Part shown: positions 12,400 to 25,493 of the stretch, piece after piece
How positions within the stretch are numbered: the first letter of the stretch is position 1
Layout of the letters: each line of letters starts with the position of its first letter
NCBI GenBank assembly: GCA_964016885.1
Contig: OZ024745.1
Span: 13,950,001 to 14,014,000, forward strand
Length of the DNA: 64,000 nucleotides
From: Eledone cirrhosa
Taxonomy: Eukaryota
Direction of reading: 5' to 3'
Position numbers and translations under genes: made by a program
The notes under the pieces: model-generated
The model's input: the letters and a program-made list of their open reading frames with translations, nothing else
What the model was told of the DNA's origin: nothing
Database searches by the model: none

Positions 12400-13130
12400 T
12401 CTTCATCTTCTTTGACTTATTCATGGGAGGGTCTTGGGATAAAAGGTCCTCAAGTACACCTTCAAGAGGGTCCTGTCAGAAGCAAATGTCTCCAGTTGAT
12501 CCAGTTGGATCTCCAAGCAAGACCAGCCTAGCTCATAGATGTTATCCAACCATCTTACTCAGGGTCTACCCCTGGGTCTCCTGTCGGTTGGTTTTGTCCA
12601 TAAAATCTGTCCAGCGATTCTTTCCTGAGACATACTAACCACATGTCCATAGTATCGGAGCTGTGATCTCTCAATTCAGAGAAGTAGCAGCTCCACCTGG
12701 AGTGATTCTCTGATCTCCGAGCTATGCCTTCTATCAAGTCATGTTACTCCAAAGACCCTTTGGAGGAACCCCATTTTGGCTGCTAGTATTTGCGCTGGTA
12801 TGGAAATATTAATGCATAAAATTGTTTTGTTGTGGAGCATAGAAAAGTAGTTTGTAGGCCATGTGTTAGAGACCTCTGTGATATTGAATGTACTGGGTTG
12901 CATTTTACTGTGGCACTAGCAGCAGAGAGGTTGTCACATGCTTAGAATCAACTGAAGAACAGTCAGAAGCAAATGTTTCCAGTTGATCTGGCTGGATCCC
13001 CAAGCGAGACCAATCAGCTGAGCTTATGGATGTTATCCAACCATCTTGCTCAGAGTCTACCCCTGGGGGGGGGGGGTCTTCTGCCAATTGGTTTTACCCA
13101 ATACTTTCCTGAGACATTCTAACCACAGTA
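12400..13130 (-). mobile_element. Two tandem non-autonomous RTE 3'-end elements; the first is a near-identical paralog of 5020-5582
   Basis: 12464-12964 aligns with 5083-5582 including the non-RTE segment; a second partial copy is at 12965-13130. Confidence 0.85.
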
Positions 13131-15513
13131 TACACACCACAATAGATTGTTCTTTCTTCATTAGTTTAAAGAAGATGCTAATGCCTGTAAACCGGTGTCC
13201 CTTATATTGTATTTATGAAGGCGTGCGGCTTATTGATTAAGGAGTTGATTCACAATAGTGAGGTTGTGAGTTCAACACCTGAGCCAGGCGACGCGTATGG
13301 CCTTGAACAAAATGCTTTATCTCACGTTGCTCTTTCTGCTAAGAGTTGTGACTGGTAGACAGTATCAACAATTGGAAAAGCTACTGGAAACAATTTCCTT
13401 GATCCAATCTAATGATTTCCACCTCACTCGGTCTGGGATCTTTTTGTTTTGGATCAATAACATATGTATACTGTAGCTAATAGTTTACAAATTATTATTC
13501 TATAATATTCTTGAGTTAGTTTGAACCATTCTACATTTTAGCCATGCTGTAGCACAAAATCATATATTATATCTTACTTTGTTTAGTATTTATAATACAA
13601 CACCATACAGCTGATCTCAAAATTGCTGAGACTCACAGAGGAAATAAAGAGTAAACGATGCTGCGCTGAAGAGGACCTGTCCAACCCATGCAAGCATGGA
13701 AAAACGGATCTAAAAACGATGATGATGATGACAACAAACAAGGAGTTAGCAATGCTGGTCACATGACAAACAATTTTATGTATCATGGGTCTACTTTGAG
13801 GCAATGTTTTACGACTGAGTGCCTTTCCTGATGTGAACCCTTTTAGTTGCCTCTTACAACATGCAAGAGACACAGCAAGTAAATTCTAAACTGGATAGTA
13901 TTTACATCATCATCATCGTTGCATGGGTTAATGTTTCTGAAATGTCAGTGTGTCTACATGTTTGTTTGTAGTTGATGTATCAAGGAATTTATGGATGTTC
14001 CTCAATACTGATTAGAAATAATAACTGCTCTGGAAAGAGGGCAAGCAATATCTCCAGTGATGTTTAACCCTTTCATTATCATATTTCTAAATGAAAGACA
14101 CTGCCTATTATTTTCCAATCATTTTGAAAATAAGCAAGAATAATAACTAATTCTCTCATTATGTTGATGTTTGGGGCATAGTTGAACAAATGTTCATACA
14201 AAAAATTATGATGGAAAGTTTTTAGATCATCATCATCATCGTTTAACGTCCATTTCCCACTCTAGCATGGGTTAGATGAGCTGTCTTGATGTGAGACAAG
14301 TCAGATCAGGTGACCACGTCTTGCTCATTCAGAACTGTTTTTGGTTTGGTTTCTATGGTTGGATACCTTTCCTAATGCCAACCACATTTACAGTTAAGAC
14401 TGGGTGTTTTTTATTGTGGCACCAAAACACCCAACTGATAGGTTGGACTGAGTACTTTTTGTCACTTTACCAGCACCTTAAAATAAAAGATTAGTATTGT
14501 TGAACAAGTGGTAGTTTGGTATGAAAAGGGTTGAAATTGCCAACAAAAACTGCTGTAACATTTCTTATACTTTCAGTGAAGAATGAAACAAAGGAGTTCC
14601 TTTGTCCAAGACTATTGGTAAAAGCCTTTTCACTTGATTATCATCTGATAAGAGCTTTGGCAATTCACAGTATCTTGTGCTCTGACTTATCAGATCTTAT
14701 GTTGGTCTTTTGTCAGTCCAAACGTGTGTCCCAGTTGTTTGAACAATGGAACAGCCTGCTCGTGAAATTACTGTGCCAATGGTTGAACAGACACGTGCAC
14801 GCTTAACATAGTTCTCAGGGAGATTCAGCATGATACAGTGTGTGTGACAAGGTTATCCTTTTTGAATTACAGGCATAGTTCATTTTTTTCCAGTTGGGTA
14901 TCTTGGAGCAACATGAATATAAAATGTCTTGCCCAAGGACACAATATGTTACTGGGACTCAAACTCATGACCTTACAATTATGGACTGAACACCCTAACC
15001 ACACACTTTCACAAACATTATATACAAAAACTTAGTTATTTCCTTTCCAGAATCTTCTAAATATAGACAACAGAATACCTTGCATCCTAGGTGCTTGGAA
15101 TAGTTTTCACTAAGTTTGATGTTTAAGTAATGTATATACATGTCAAACATTTTTTGTAGTCTTTTTGGTTAATATTTTAAGCTGTGTGTATCCATTTTAG
15201 AATAAGTACATCATATCCCTGTGTGTTGTAAGTGGCAACACAAAGGGTTAGTGCCAAGAAGGACATCCAGCTATAAAACTACCTTAAAAAGTATTCCATG
15301 ATCAGTATGATACTTGTCATGGGGTCTGCAAGGCTAATTCTTGCTTTAGAGGTGAAAATAACTTTAAAACGCTTGTAGTTGTTATAAGTTTGTTCTAAAT
15401 TAAGTATTTTGGAGAGTAGAGTTGTGAGCAAGAATGTATGCCAGCCAAAACCAATGTGTTTCTATAAGGATGGGTCCCTAGTAGGAAACATCTTTAGAAG
15501 CTAAAGTAGCAGC

Positions 15514-15731
15514 TTAACCCATTAGCATTTACATTACTCTATATATACTGCTGTATTTTTATGGTAAAGGCTTTATCTTACATAATTATTTCGCATAATA
15601 TTGAAACTACGAGATTTTTTTTGAGAACAATACCTTAATGTAGGTAAGAGTGGCTGGTTATGGCTGTTTTGAACAGAAAGAGGTGAGAGAATTCTGGCCG
15701 GATATGACCGGTTTAAATGTTAAAGGGTTAA
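15514..15731. mobile_element. piggyBac-like MITE family A (TTAA TSD)
   Basis: TTAA-CCCATTAGCATTTA...TAAATGTTAAAGGG-TTAA; homologous copies at 37035-37263 and 58421-58641. Confidence 0.85.
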
Positions 15732-16641
15732 AAACAAACAGATGAAGTTAAAAATGATGAAATGATTTTTTTTTTTCTCCTAAAACTGAAATTTATAGCT
15801 GACTCCATGTAAATTTAGTAGACCTGCTATGAGGTCTCACATAAGTTTTAATGACAAGATTTTCAGTCCTATCATAAATATAATGTGAAATGTAGTGTCT
15901 TGCTCAAGAACACAGCATGATACCCAGTCCAAGAATCAAAGCCAGAACCTTATAATCACAAGTCTGACACCCACAGTGGGGTTCTCAAATCTTTGACTAA
16001 TTCTGAGTTGGATATTGGTTCTTTGGGATGATGGGCACTTTTTCTTTGAAGGTACTCCTTCCCTTGTGGTAGAGTACATGATGAGTGTAGAGCTATTTCA
16101 TTGGAGATTTCACATTCCCATGTGGTAGGATACATGAAGAGTGTAGAAGGGTCTAATTGAAGATTCCTTATTCCCATATGGTGGGGTTCATGGAAAGTGT
16201 TGAAGAAGGATCTAAAAAGGGTCCATGAGCCTTAGATTAATGAATGGAAAGGAAATTAGAAGATGGAATTCCTGTAATTATCAATCAATAACGAGTTGAC
16301 AAGATTAAGTTTTAGTTCACAATTCGAAATGATTGTCATGAGAGAGAGAGAGAGAAGATGCAAGAGGAGGAGAAAGAGAGGAAGGAGGAGGGGAAATATA
16401 GGAAGAGAGAGAGAGAGAGAGACCAATTACTCAAGGGTGGATACTGATGTGACTCATGTCTAGTCTGACCATCTACAGCTATTTCCAAGAAAGAAAAGAA
16501 TTGACAGTGAAGAATATGGAATAAATTACAACTAATGGCTAAAGCTATTTGATAAATACAATACAAATTGATACACATTGGCAGTAAGGAATATGAAATG
16601 AATAATAGCCGAGACTGTTTTATAAGTATACATGTATGCAT

Positions 16642-16950
16642 GGTCCAGTAACTCCTGAGGGAGTCATAGGAGTGTCATATTGACATAACAGCATTTCTTA
16701 GAGCATTTTTTTAAACTTGGCAGAGTCTATCTCCTCTCCAGGTCTGAACATAGCAGGTTTTCTCCAGAGAATGATAGAGAGTGAGAGAATGGAAATGAGA
16801 AAGGGATATAGAGGAAGAATTGACCCTAGTACTTTTTTTAATCGATGTTGAATGGGTGAAAGACAGTTGACCTCGGCAAGATTTGAACTCAAGAGAGCAG
16901 AGAGCTGAAACAAATACCTCAAAGCATTCTATCTGACGTTCTAATAACTG
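16642..16950 (-). mobile_element. SINE type 1 head with a different, longer tail; second copy at ~29797-30056
   Basis: Head TTGACCTCGGCAAGATTTGAACTC..AAGCATTCTATCTGA joined to a tail (CCTGAGGGAGT..TGGCAGAG..GAGAGTGAGAGAATGGAA) shared with 29.8 kb. Confidence 0.7.
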
Positions 16951-17082
16951 CTTATATATAAACTCTGTAAAACACCTGATGTTCTTACATTGAGCTATTT
17001 CTCTTACTGGTAATAAGGTAGTAGGAAATTACTGACCTTTCCTGCTTATAGTTGTTTATAGTATATACCTAACTATAAATAG

Positions 17083-17195
17083 TAAATCCCGCCGAGGTTA
17101 ACTTTGCCTTTCATCCTTATGGGGTTGATAAAATAAAGTACCAGTAATGCACTGGGTAATTGCTGGTCTTGTGCCAAAAGTAGAAACAATTATTA
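17083..17195 (+). mobile_element. 5'-truncated SINE type 1
   Basis: AAATCCCGCCGAGGTTAACTTTGCCTTTCATCC...GTAGAAACAATTATTAT. Confidence 0.85.
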
Positions 17196-17686
17196 TATAA
17201 ACTGATATACATTTGTAAACAATATATCAAAATTGGGAAGAAGTGTGAGAGCTGATCTGAGGTTACTGAGCCTCACAAAGGAAATGTTCAAGGATGAGAA
17301 GTAGAGATGCTGTGTTGAAATAGACTCATCAACCCAAACCAATAAAAAGAAAAGCAGACATAAAAATGATGATGATGACGATGATCCTGCTAACACACGA
17401 TAACATCTCTCAGAGATGTTCCATAAAAATGGTTTTATAAATACAACTAAAAATTCAGTACATATGAAATATTAATGAAATACAAGAATATTAGCATGGT
17501 GGAAATGAAGAGAGAGAAGTGGAAAGGGGTGAGTGAAAGAGAAGAAATAATTTAGTTACAGATAAAGAGAAGGAGGCTAGTTAACTACATATCTTTATTG
17601 CTAATCTCATCATATATAGAAATATCTAACCACTGGAGAATAAAATTGATGGTAAAATATCACAATATATGTGTAGTCTTGGTTTT

Positions 17687-18398
17687 TAGAATGGCTACAC
17701 TGTATCCCTCCATGTTGTGAGACTAGAAGGGATACAGTGTATCCCTCCATGTTGTGCGACTAGAAGGGATACAGTGTATCCCTCCATGTTGTGAGACTAG
17801 AAGGGATACAGTGTATCCCTCCATGTTGTGAGACTAGAATGGCTACACTGTATCCCTCCATGTTGTGAGACTAGAATGGCTACACTGTATCCCTCCATGT
17901 TGTGCGACTAGAAGGGATACACTGTATCCCTCCATGTTGTGAGACTAGAATGGCTACACTGTATCCCTCCATGTTGTGCGACTAGAAGGGATACACTGTA
18001 TCCCTCCATGTTGTGAGACTAGAAGGGATACACTGTATCCCTCCATGTTGTGAGACTAGAATGGCTACACTGTATCCCTCCATGTTGTGAGACTAGAATG
18101 GCTACACTGTATCCCTCCATGTTGTGCGACTAGAAGGGATACACTGTATCCCTCCATGTTGTGAGACTAGAAGGGATACACTGTATCCCTCCATGTTGTG
18201 CGACTAGAAGGGATACAGTGTATCCCTCCATGTTGTGCGACTAGAAGGGATACACTGTATCCCTCCATGTTGTGAGACTAGAAGGGATACACTGTATCCC
18301 TCCATGTTGTGAGACTAGAAGGGATACACTGTATCCCTCCATGTTGTGCGACTAGAAGGGATACAGTGTATCCCTCCATGTTGTGCGACTAGAAGGGT
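17687..18398. repeat. 37-bp minisatellite, ~19 copies, with an internal palindrome
   Basis: Unit GATACA(C/G)TGTATCCCTCCATGTTGTG(A/C)GACTAGAAGG, period 37 (17701, 17738). Confidence 0.97.
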
Positions 18399-19381
18399 AC
18401 CTGACTATGAAATCCTGCTTCAAAAAGTCCTGTCCAAACCATGACAGCAAGGCAAAGTGGCCATAAAAACGATGATGACTCATTAAGTCTGTATTAATCA
18501 TCAATTATAGGATATGACTATTCGATCAATCAATCAAATCAATCAACAAGTTCCCAGATCTCATTCGCTGAGTGGGGTGGAACTCATCAAAACAAACCAA
18601 GGAAACAATGTTTCCATTGCTGATACTATCAACCAGCTGCAACTCCTGGCAGAAAGAGCAATGTGAAATCAAGTATTTTGCTCAAAGACATAATGCTGTG
18701 AGGTGGTTGGTGTTAGAGAGTGCATCCTGTGGTAGAAAGCTTGCCAAATAAGGGGTTGGGAGGACTCTTCAGGTGTGTCAAGGACATGACAACCACCCTA
18801 GTAATCTACATGATAAATGCACCCAGTACATGCTGTAAAGTGGTTGGTGTTAGGAAGGGGATCCAGCCATAGAAAGTTTGCCAAACAAGGGGTTAGGGGG
18901 ACCCTTCAATTGCATCAAATTATATAGACAGGTACTTTTATTTTTTATCGACTTGAAAGGATGAAAGGCAAAGTTGACCTCGGCAGGATTTGAACTCAGA
19001 GAGCAGAGAGTCGAAACAAATACCACAAAGCATATGTTCTAACAATTCTGCCAATTCACTGCCTATCAAGATAGAATAATAAAACTAAAAAGAAACTTCA
19101 TGGGTTATGACCCCTCACTGCCTCTTCAAAGAAAAGTAATTATATTGAAACAATCCATAATGTTACTGTACTGAGTCAAAAATCTATTTTGCTATATCAT
19201 TCAAGTGTTTCAGATAAATGTTTGCTGCCACTTGTTACTGAAGGTCACAATATTTAGCTGCTTAATTATAGTGAATACTTGAACCCAGAAGCTACATATA
19301 TCACAACTTTTATTACAAAGCAGAACTTTTCTAACGTTTCATATATATATATATATATATTTCATTTCATTTTCATTTCAT

Positions 19382-19413
<32 letters not shown>

Positions 19414-19424
19414 CAGAATGGATA

Positions 19425-19592
19425 CAGTAAAAACCTGTTAGACCATTACTCACCAGAGTACTCGATACTTTGGGTAGTAGAGTGGGTAATACGAAGGACT
19501 CAGGGCCTCAGTGGGTGAGCTCCCATCACCTCAACAGCTAGTTCCGAACTGAGCAGCGGGAGCTCAGCCATCGGGGGGCCCCAAATCCTTCA
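19425..19592. mobile_element. Foldback family P copy (possible Penelope-like terminal repeat), degenerate
   Basis: GTTAGACCATTACTCACCAGAGTACTCGATACTT..GTAGTAGAGTGGGTAATA is shared with 33481-33545 and 35198-35270 (reverse). It ends in an imperfect palindrome (TGAGCTCCC...GGGAGCTCA) and sits next to (TA)n. Confidence 0.6.
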
Positions 19593-20324
19593 CACACACA
19601 CATATATATATACTATATTCTATATATTATTATTAGGAACAAAACAAGTGGAGAGATGCCACGCTGAAAAGGATCTTTCTAGCCCACGAAAACATGGAGA
19701 AACAGACATAGATGATGATGATGATGATTCAATACCTTCAAATATTTTATCAACTGTAAAACAAATTATTTTAGCAAACTTACAATTAATATTTTACTCA
19801 ATTGGAACCTCCATGTTTTATTTGTTTTTGTTTTGTTTGTATGTTTTGTTTTGTTTGTGTGTGTGATTAAAATAGTATTTGGGAGGAGTAACCGAAAACA
19901 GTTGAGCATGCCAAACATTTGCACATTTCAAACAGAAAATTACTGTTATTTTCTCTATAAGCAGTCTAATGGTGATTAGATGCTTCAGGATTGCATTTTT
20001 AGTTTTATTTTCTGTCTATAGTAGACTATGTTATTACTAGTGAGTTGACAGTCAAAATTGATTTGATTTAACCACAACAATAAAACTAAGTGTTTGTTGC
20101 TGAATAACAAATGAACAGTTGACTTTATCTAACCTGAAAATAAAAAGAATTCAAAGTTCAGTGAACACTGAAACCAATTTTATTCAAAGATTTCAAGACA
20201 TTCAACCATCAGAGAGAAAGGTCATGGTTATTAACCTCAAAAAACTACCAAAAGTGAGAATAACTTTATACACTTAAGAAATACAAAATAGGACAACACA
20301 TTTCTATTTGATATTTATATCCAT

Positions 20325-20826
20325 AGGTAGTGGTCATGTTGCTGACAAGACAAAAAAAAAAAACACCAAGTCCACTCTGTAAAGTGGTTGTGCTGCTGAC
20401 AAGACAAAAAAAAACACCAAGTCCACTCTGTAAAGTGGTTGTGCTGCTGACAAGACAAAAACACCAAGTCCACTCTGTAAAGTGGTTGTGCTGCTGACAA
20501 GACAAAAACACCAAGTCCACTCTGTAAAGTGGTTGTGCTGCTGACAAGACAAAATACACCCAGTCCACTCTGTAAAGTGGTTGTGCTGCTGACAAGACAA
20601 AAACACCCAGTCCACACTGTAGTGGTTGTGCTGCTGACAAGACAAAAAACACCCAGTCCACTCTGTAAAGTGGTTGTGCTATGACATGACAAAAAGCACC
20701 CAGTCCACTCTAAAGTGGTTGTGCTATGACATGACAAAAAGCACCCAGTCCACTCTGTAAAGTGGTTGAGCTATGACATGACAAAAAGCACCCAATCCAC
20801 TCTGTAAAGTGGTCATGTTGCTGATA
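20325..20826. repeat. ~47-bp minisatellite (~11 copies) derived from the RTE 3' UTR module
   Basis: Unit AAGTGGTTGTGCTGCTGACAAGACAAAAACACC(A/C)AGTCCACTCTGTA resembles TGAGGTCGTGTAGGTGTCACGACAAAAAACACACAGTCCACGCTGTA at 45155-45202. Confidence 0.85.
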
Positions 20827-21230
20827 TGAAATCTTGCATGAATTAACTCTTTTTATTAATAACTGCATTGTTTCATTCCAGAGACAATATTGAAAAATAA
20901 ACCTCATTTGGTATTTCCATGAGAGTAACTTGGTCAGCCTATGAACTTTTCACACCCCCCCCCCCCCATGTAAAGATACACATATGCAAGCTGGTATGTA
21001 ATGTTTATCAATCATCAAGTAATGCTTCAGTTATGTGGGTCAGTCTCATTTGAAACACTATAATGGAATGTACTAAAACTGAGAGAAGCAGTAACAGGCT
21101 ATCACCTGCTACTGAGGTTAGCGCCAACCTAGTTTGGTCATAGAAATCCATGTCTGCTGTGAATACATTGGAATTTAAACACTCAACAGAATAACTTTGC
21201 ACAAAAATTGACAGCTATCCCATCAATCAG

Positions 21231-21682
21231 GTGATGAGGGCAGATGTAATGGGAAATCTCTGGATCTCATCTATCTAGCAAGGACTGGTCAAGTGATGAG
21301 GGCAGAGGTAATGGGAAATCTCTGAATCTCATCTATCTAGCAAGGACTGGTCAAGTGATGAGGGCAGAGGTAATGGGAAATCTCTGGATCTCATCTATCT
21401 AGCAAGGACTGGTCAAGTGATGAGGGCAGAGGTAATGGGAAATCTCTGGATCTCATCTATCTAGCAAGGACTGGTCAAGTGATGAGGGCAGAGGTAATGG
21501 GAAATCTCTGGATCTCATCTATCTAGCAAGGACTGGTCAAGTGATGAGGGCAGAGGTAATGGGAAATCTCTGGATCTCATCTATCTAGCAAGGACTGGTC
21601 AAGTGATGAGGGCAGATGTAATGGGAAATCTCTACATTTCATCTATCTAGCAAGGACTGGTCAGGTGTAATGGGAAATCTCC
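21231..21682. repeat. 62-bp minisatellite, ~7 copies
   Basis: Unit GATGAGGGCAGAGGTAATGGGAAATCTCTGGATCTCATCTATCTAGCAAGGACTGGTCAAGT (21481, 21543). Confidence 0.97.
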
Positions 21683-22164
21683 AGAACAGTTACTTGTTAT
21701 AAAGTATCTGGGGTAAAATATATGGGGGTAATTAGGACATATTTAACAAACTCTCCCTCCTGCTAGATCAGTGAGGTTTTGGTGACAGGGGGAAGAACCC
21801 CCACCCCTCACTAGATCAGTGAGAATGTCACAGTATAGGTGACAAGGGAGAAGAACACCAGTTTTTCTCTCAGCTCATCCATGCTTCATCGTTCATGCAT
21901 ATTAACATCACCCAACCGCCATAGCATGGCTACTGGCTGTATTTTATGTATATCTAAGGTCATTGATGTTCATACTTCCTGTTGATACTCCTAACATGTC
22001 TCACCCTCCCTTTCTGAAGATTTCCAGTGTATAGCTTCAATAGGTTAGAGAATAATAGTACACAGCTCTATCTCAGGTCTTAACTATAAATTCTGAGTTT
22101 TCCTCCTCATTTTTTTTCAGATTTTACCACTGCTGTTTGCTCCCACTACATTTTTGTTAACAAA

Positions 22165-22475
22165 ACAAGCAGCCAAAATGGAGTAATCTTACTTGATACA
22201 GTGTATAGCTCAGGGATCAGAGTGTGACCTCAGGTAGAACGGCTACTTCTCTGAATTGAGAGATCACAGCTCCGATACTAAGGACATGCAGTTAGAATGT
22301 CTCAGGAAAGAATCGTTGGAAAGATTTTACAGGCAAAACCTACCAACAGGAGACCTAGGAGTAGACCCCGAGCAAGATGTTCTCACTTGGGGATCTAGTT
22401 GGAACAATTGGAGATGGTTGCTTTTGACAGGACCCACTGGAAGGTGTTTTGAGGAATAAGTGGGTGAAGAAAAAG
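22165..22475 (+). mobile_element. Non-autonomous RTE 3'-end element
   Basis: CTACTTCTCTGAATTGAGAGATCACAGCTCCGATAC...AGACCTAGGAGTAGACCCCGAGCAAGATG, as in the other copies. Confidence 0.8.
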
Positions 22476-22809
22476 ATGAAAAAAAGAATATCATGAAACC
22501 AATGATAACACAAAACAAAAAAAAGCAAGAACTAAGAAAATTCTATAAAACACCAACAAAAAGAGAAAACTAAAATATGTTGAACACTTAATTAGAAAAA
22601 AGGGGGAAAATGGATTCCATTGTCTTTCAATAGAAATCAAAAGAAATAAGAGGAAAATCAAAAATAATATGGATAGATATGTGGATAGATAATATCAAGA
22701 ATTGGACAGACTTAAAGACAAAACATACATATGTACATATGGACGGATGGACAGCACTAGAAAAAGGAAGATTCAATCCACGGTATTGAATCTATTGAAG
22801 GTAGATGAT

Positions 22810-22950
22810 ACATGATAATGGTGATGGTGGTGATGGTGATGGTGGTGATGATGATGATGGTAATAGTGATGATCATGGTGGCGATGATGATGATGATGAT
22901 GGTGGCGATGATGATGATGATGGTGGTGATGACCATAATGGTGACATGAT
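22810..22950. repeat. (GAT/GGT)n microsatellite
   Basis: Direct observation. Confidence 0.9.
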
Positions 22951-23080
22951 TGATATCTCTGTTGGAGGACAGTATGTCAGTAGTAACCCTTTTGTAACCA
23001 TATTTCTAATGAAATCCTCATTTCAATTTATCAATGAAGAATTTTGAGGGTATTACTAAAATCATTATTTCATTACTAAG

Positions 23081-23276
23081 TGGATTGAAGGTGGTGGATT
23101 GGCAGTATCGGTAGAGGGTCGGACGTCATGCTTTGATGCATAGAGTTATGGCCCTTGCCATTCTGAGTTCAAATCCCCGCCGAGGTCAACTTTGCCTTTC
23201 ATCCTTACAGGGTCGATAAAATAAAGTACCAGTAATGTACTGGGTATTTGCTGGTCTTGTGCCAAAAGTAGAAACA
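23081..23276 (+). mobile_element. SINE type 1 with 17-bp TSD, nested in a TTAA MITE
   Basis: ATTATTTCATTACTAAG at 23064-23080 and 23277-23293. Confidence 0.9.
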
Positions 23277-23659
23277 ATTATTTCATTACTAAGATAATCT
23301 ATCATAGTTCTTATAAATATTAAATTCTGTTGGAAGATTTCATTTAAATAGGAACTTTGGTGGTTTTTGTTTCAATAGGACCAACCAGAGTTAGTTTTGG
23401 ACAGGGTGGTATAAAAAAGGGGTTAAAAGGGAGTTGACTTTTATACAAAACTAGTGAAGTATGGACTTCAAGAATTGAAACCTTAACAATTTCAGGATAA
23501 GAGCAGTGCCCCAGTATGGCCTCAGCTGGATGGCTGGAAGATGTAAAAGAGTAACAGGATAGACTCATTATCTGTATTTACAAATATGTCAAATGCAACA
23601 GTAAGACTATTTTAGTTTCAGTTTTTAACTGTAATCAACTTATCAAGAATCAATAAAGT

Positions 23660-23891
23660 GTTTGTGTAGGTGTGTGTGTGTGTGTGTGAGTGTATCTGTT
23701 CATGTGTGTTAGTAATATGCCACAGTGTGTGTGTGTGTCTCAGTGTATGTGTAAGTATGTAAGAGTGTTATGGTGCTTGGGTTTATGCGTGTCACAATAT
23801 ATATGTATGTGGGAGTGTTCGTGTGTGTATTGGTTGTGTCAGCGTATGTGTGAGTGCCATGGTATTTGTATGTGTGTGTGTGGAGGGCATG

Positions 23892-23952
<61 letters not shown>

Positions 23953-24290
23953 GTGTTTGTATGTGTGGAGTGCATGGTGTGTGTGGAGGGAATGATGTGT
24001 GTGTGGAGTGCATGGTGTGTGTGGAGGGCATGGTGTGTGTGGAGGGCATGGTGTGTGTGTGGAGGGCATGGTGTGTGTGTGGAGTGCATGGTGTGTGTGT
24101 GTGGAGGGCATGGTGTGTGTGTGTGGAGGGCATGGTGTGTGTGTGGAGGGCATGGTGTGTGTGTGGAGGGCATGGTGTGTGTGTGGAGGGCATGGTGTGT
24201 GTGTGGAGGGCATGGTGTGTGTGTGTGGAGGGCATGGGGTGTGTGTGGAGGGCATGGTGTGTTTGTTTGTGTGTAGGTGTTTGTATATGT
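23660..24290. repeat. GT/TA microsatellites plus a ~20-bp GGAGGGCATGG(TG)n minisatellite
   Basis: Direct observation; ~14 units between 23965 and 24260. Confidence 0.93.
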
Positions 24291-24650
24291 ATGTCTTCAA
24301 CAAATTAAACGTTAATGGTTGACTATTTCAAGACTAGATTCACTCCAGACAACTGTGAAACTAATTAACGACCATTAAATGTTCATTAGAGGACATTTAA
24401 TTACTTATTTATTTAGAAACTGTCAAACTTTTTCTTTTATTAAGAACTACAGCCCCCCCCACACACACACACACATACACACACACGCAGAGTAAGATGT
24501 CCTTATTTTTTAATTCATTAAAAATAAACAAGTTTATCCAAAATGGCATATTACAGAAAATAAACAACATAAATAAAAAAAAATAGAATTTGGTTTTTCC
24601 CCTCTAGGATATCTAAAATGTTTTTGTGAGTTTTATTACACTATATTAAA

Positions 24651-25248
24651 CTAGCAGTGGTACCTGGCGTTACACGGGATAAGGTATTTTGGAACGCGGG
24701 CCGCCAACAGACATAATCGTGGAAAAACTGCATGCCTGGACAATATGTAAAGAAAATAAACCGAATACTCTGATGGCTGGATAATCTTTAAGATTTTCCT
24801 CGATGAAGCAGGAAAAATGCAGGTTTTCACCTAATGCGGGCCCTAGGGGATCAAGAAAATGAATTTTTTTTATGTGCATAATATGCCTTGAAATTTCGGG
24901 AAAATTGGCTAGACGTAACACTTCAAAAAAGCCCTAAAAAGCTGAAAAAAATGAAGTTTTTCACCTAATGCGGGCCCTAGGCCATAAAAAAGTTGGATCT
25001 TCTTTGCTTAAGGTATGAAGAAAAGACTCACTAATACATAGTTACAATTTCAAGGAAATCGGTCTGACGTAATGCCTCAAAAAACCCCTAAAAAGCTGAA
25101 AAAATGCAGTTTTTCACCTGATGCGGGCCCTAGGGAATCTAACAGTTGAATTTATGTGCATAACACTCTGTGAAACATAAGTAATACACATGTAAAGTTT
25201 GAAAAAAAATCGGTTGGATACTTCTCGAGTTTTAGGGATTCAAACTCA

Positions 25249-25285
<37 letters not shown>

Positions 25286-25306
25286 CCTCAGTTTTATATA
25301 CATAGA
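24651..25306 (-). mobile_element. Non-autonomous Helitron (Lep1-like architecture)
   Basis: Minus strand begins A|TCTATGTATATAAAA then (GT)n and ends CCCGTGTAACGCCAGG (imperfect hairpin) ...CTAG|T. Inserted in an AT site with no TSD. Three internal TTTTCACCT(A/G)ATGCGGGCCCTAGG repeats. Confidence 0.85.
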
Positions 25307-25493
25307 TAATTGTTTCCACTTTAGGCACAAGGCCAGCAATTACCCAGTGTATTACTGGTACTTTATTTTATCGACCCCCGTAAGGATGAAAGGCAAAGTT
25401 AACCTCGGCGGGATTTGAACTCAGACTGTAAAGGGACGCAACTGTGCTAGAAAGCATGGCGTCCAACCCTCTACTGATACTGCCAATTCACCG
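25307..25493 (-). mobile_element. SINE type 1 abutting the Helitron 5' end
   Basis: Full reverse-complement match to 46456-46634. Confidence 0.88.
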
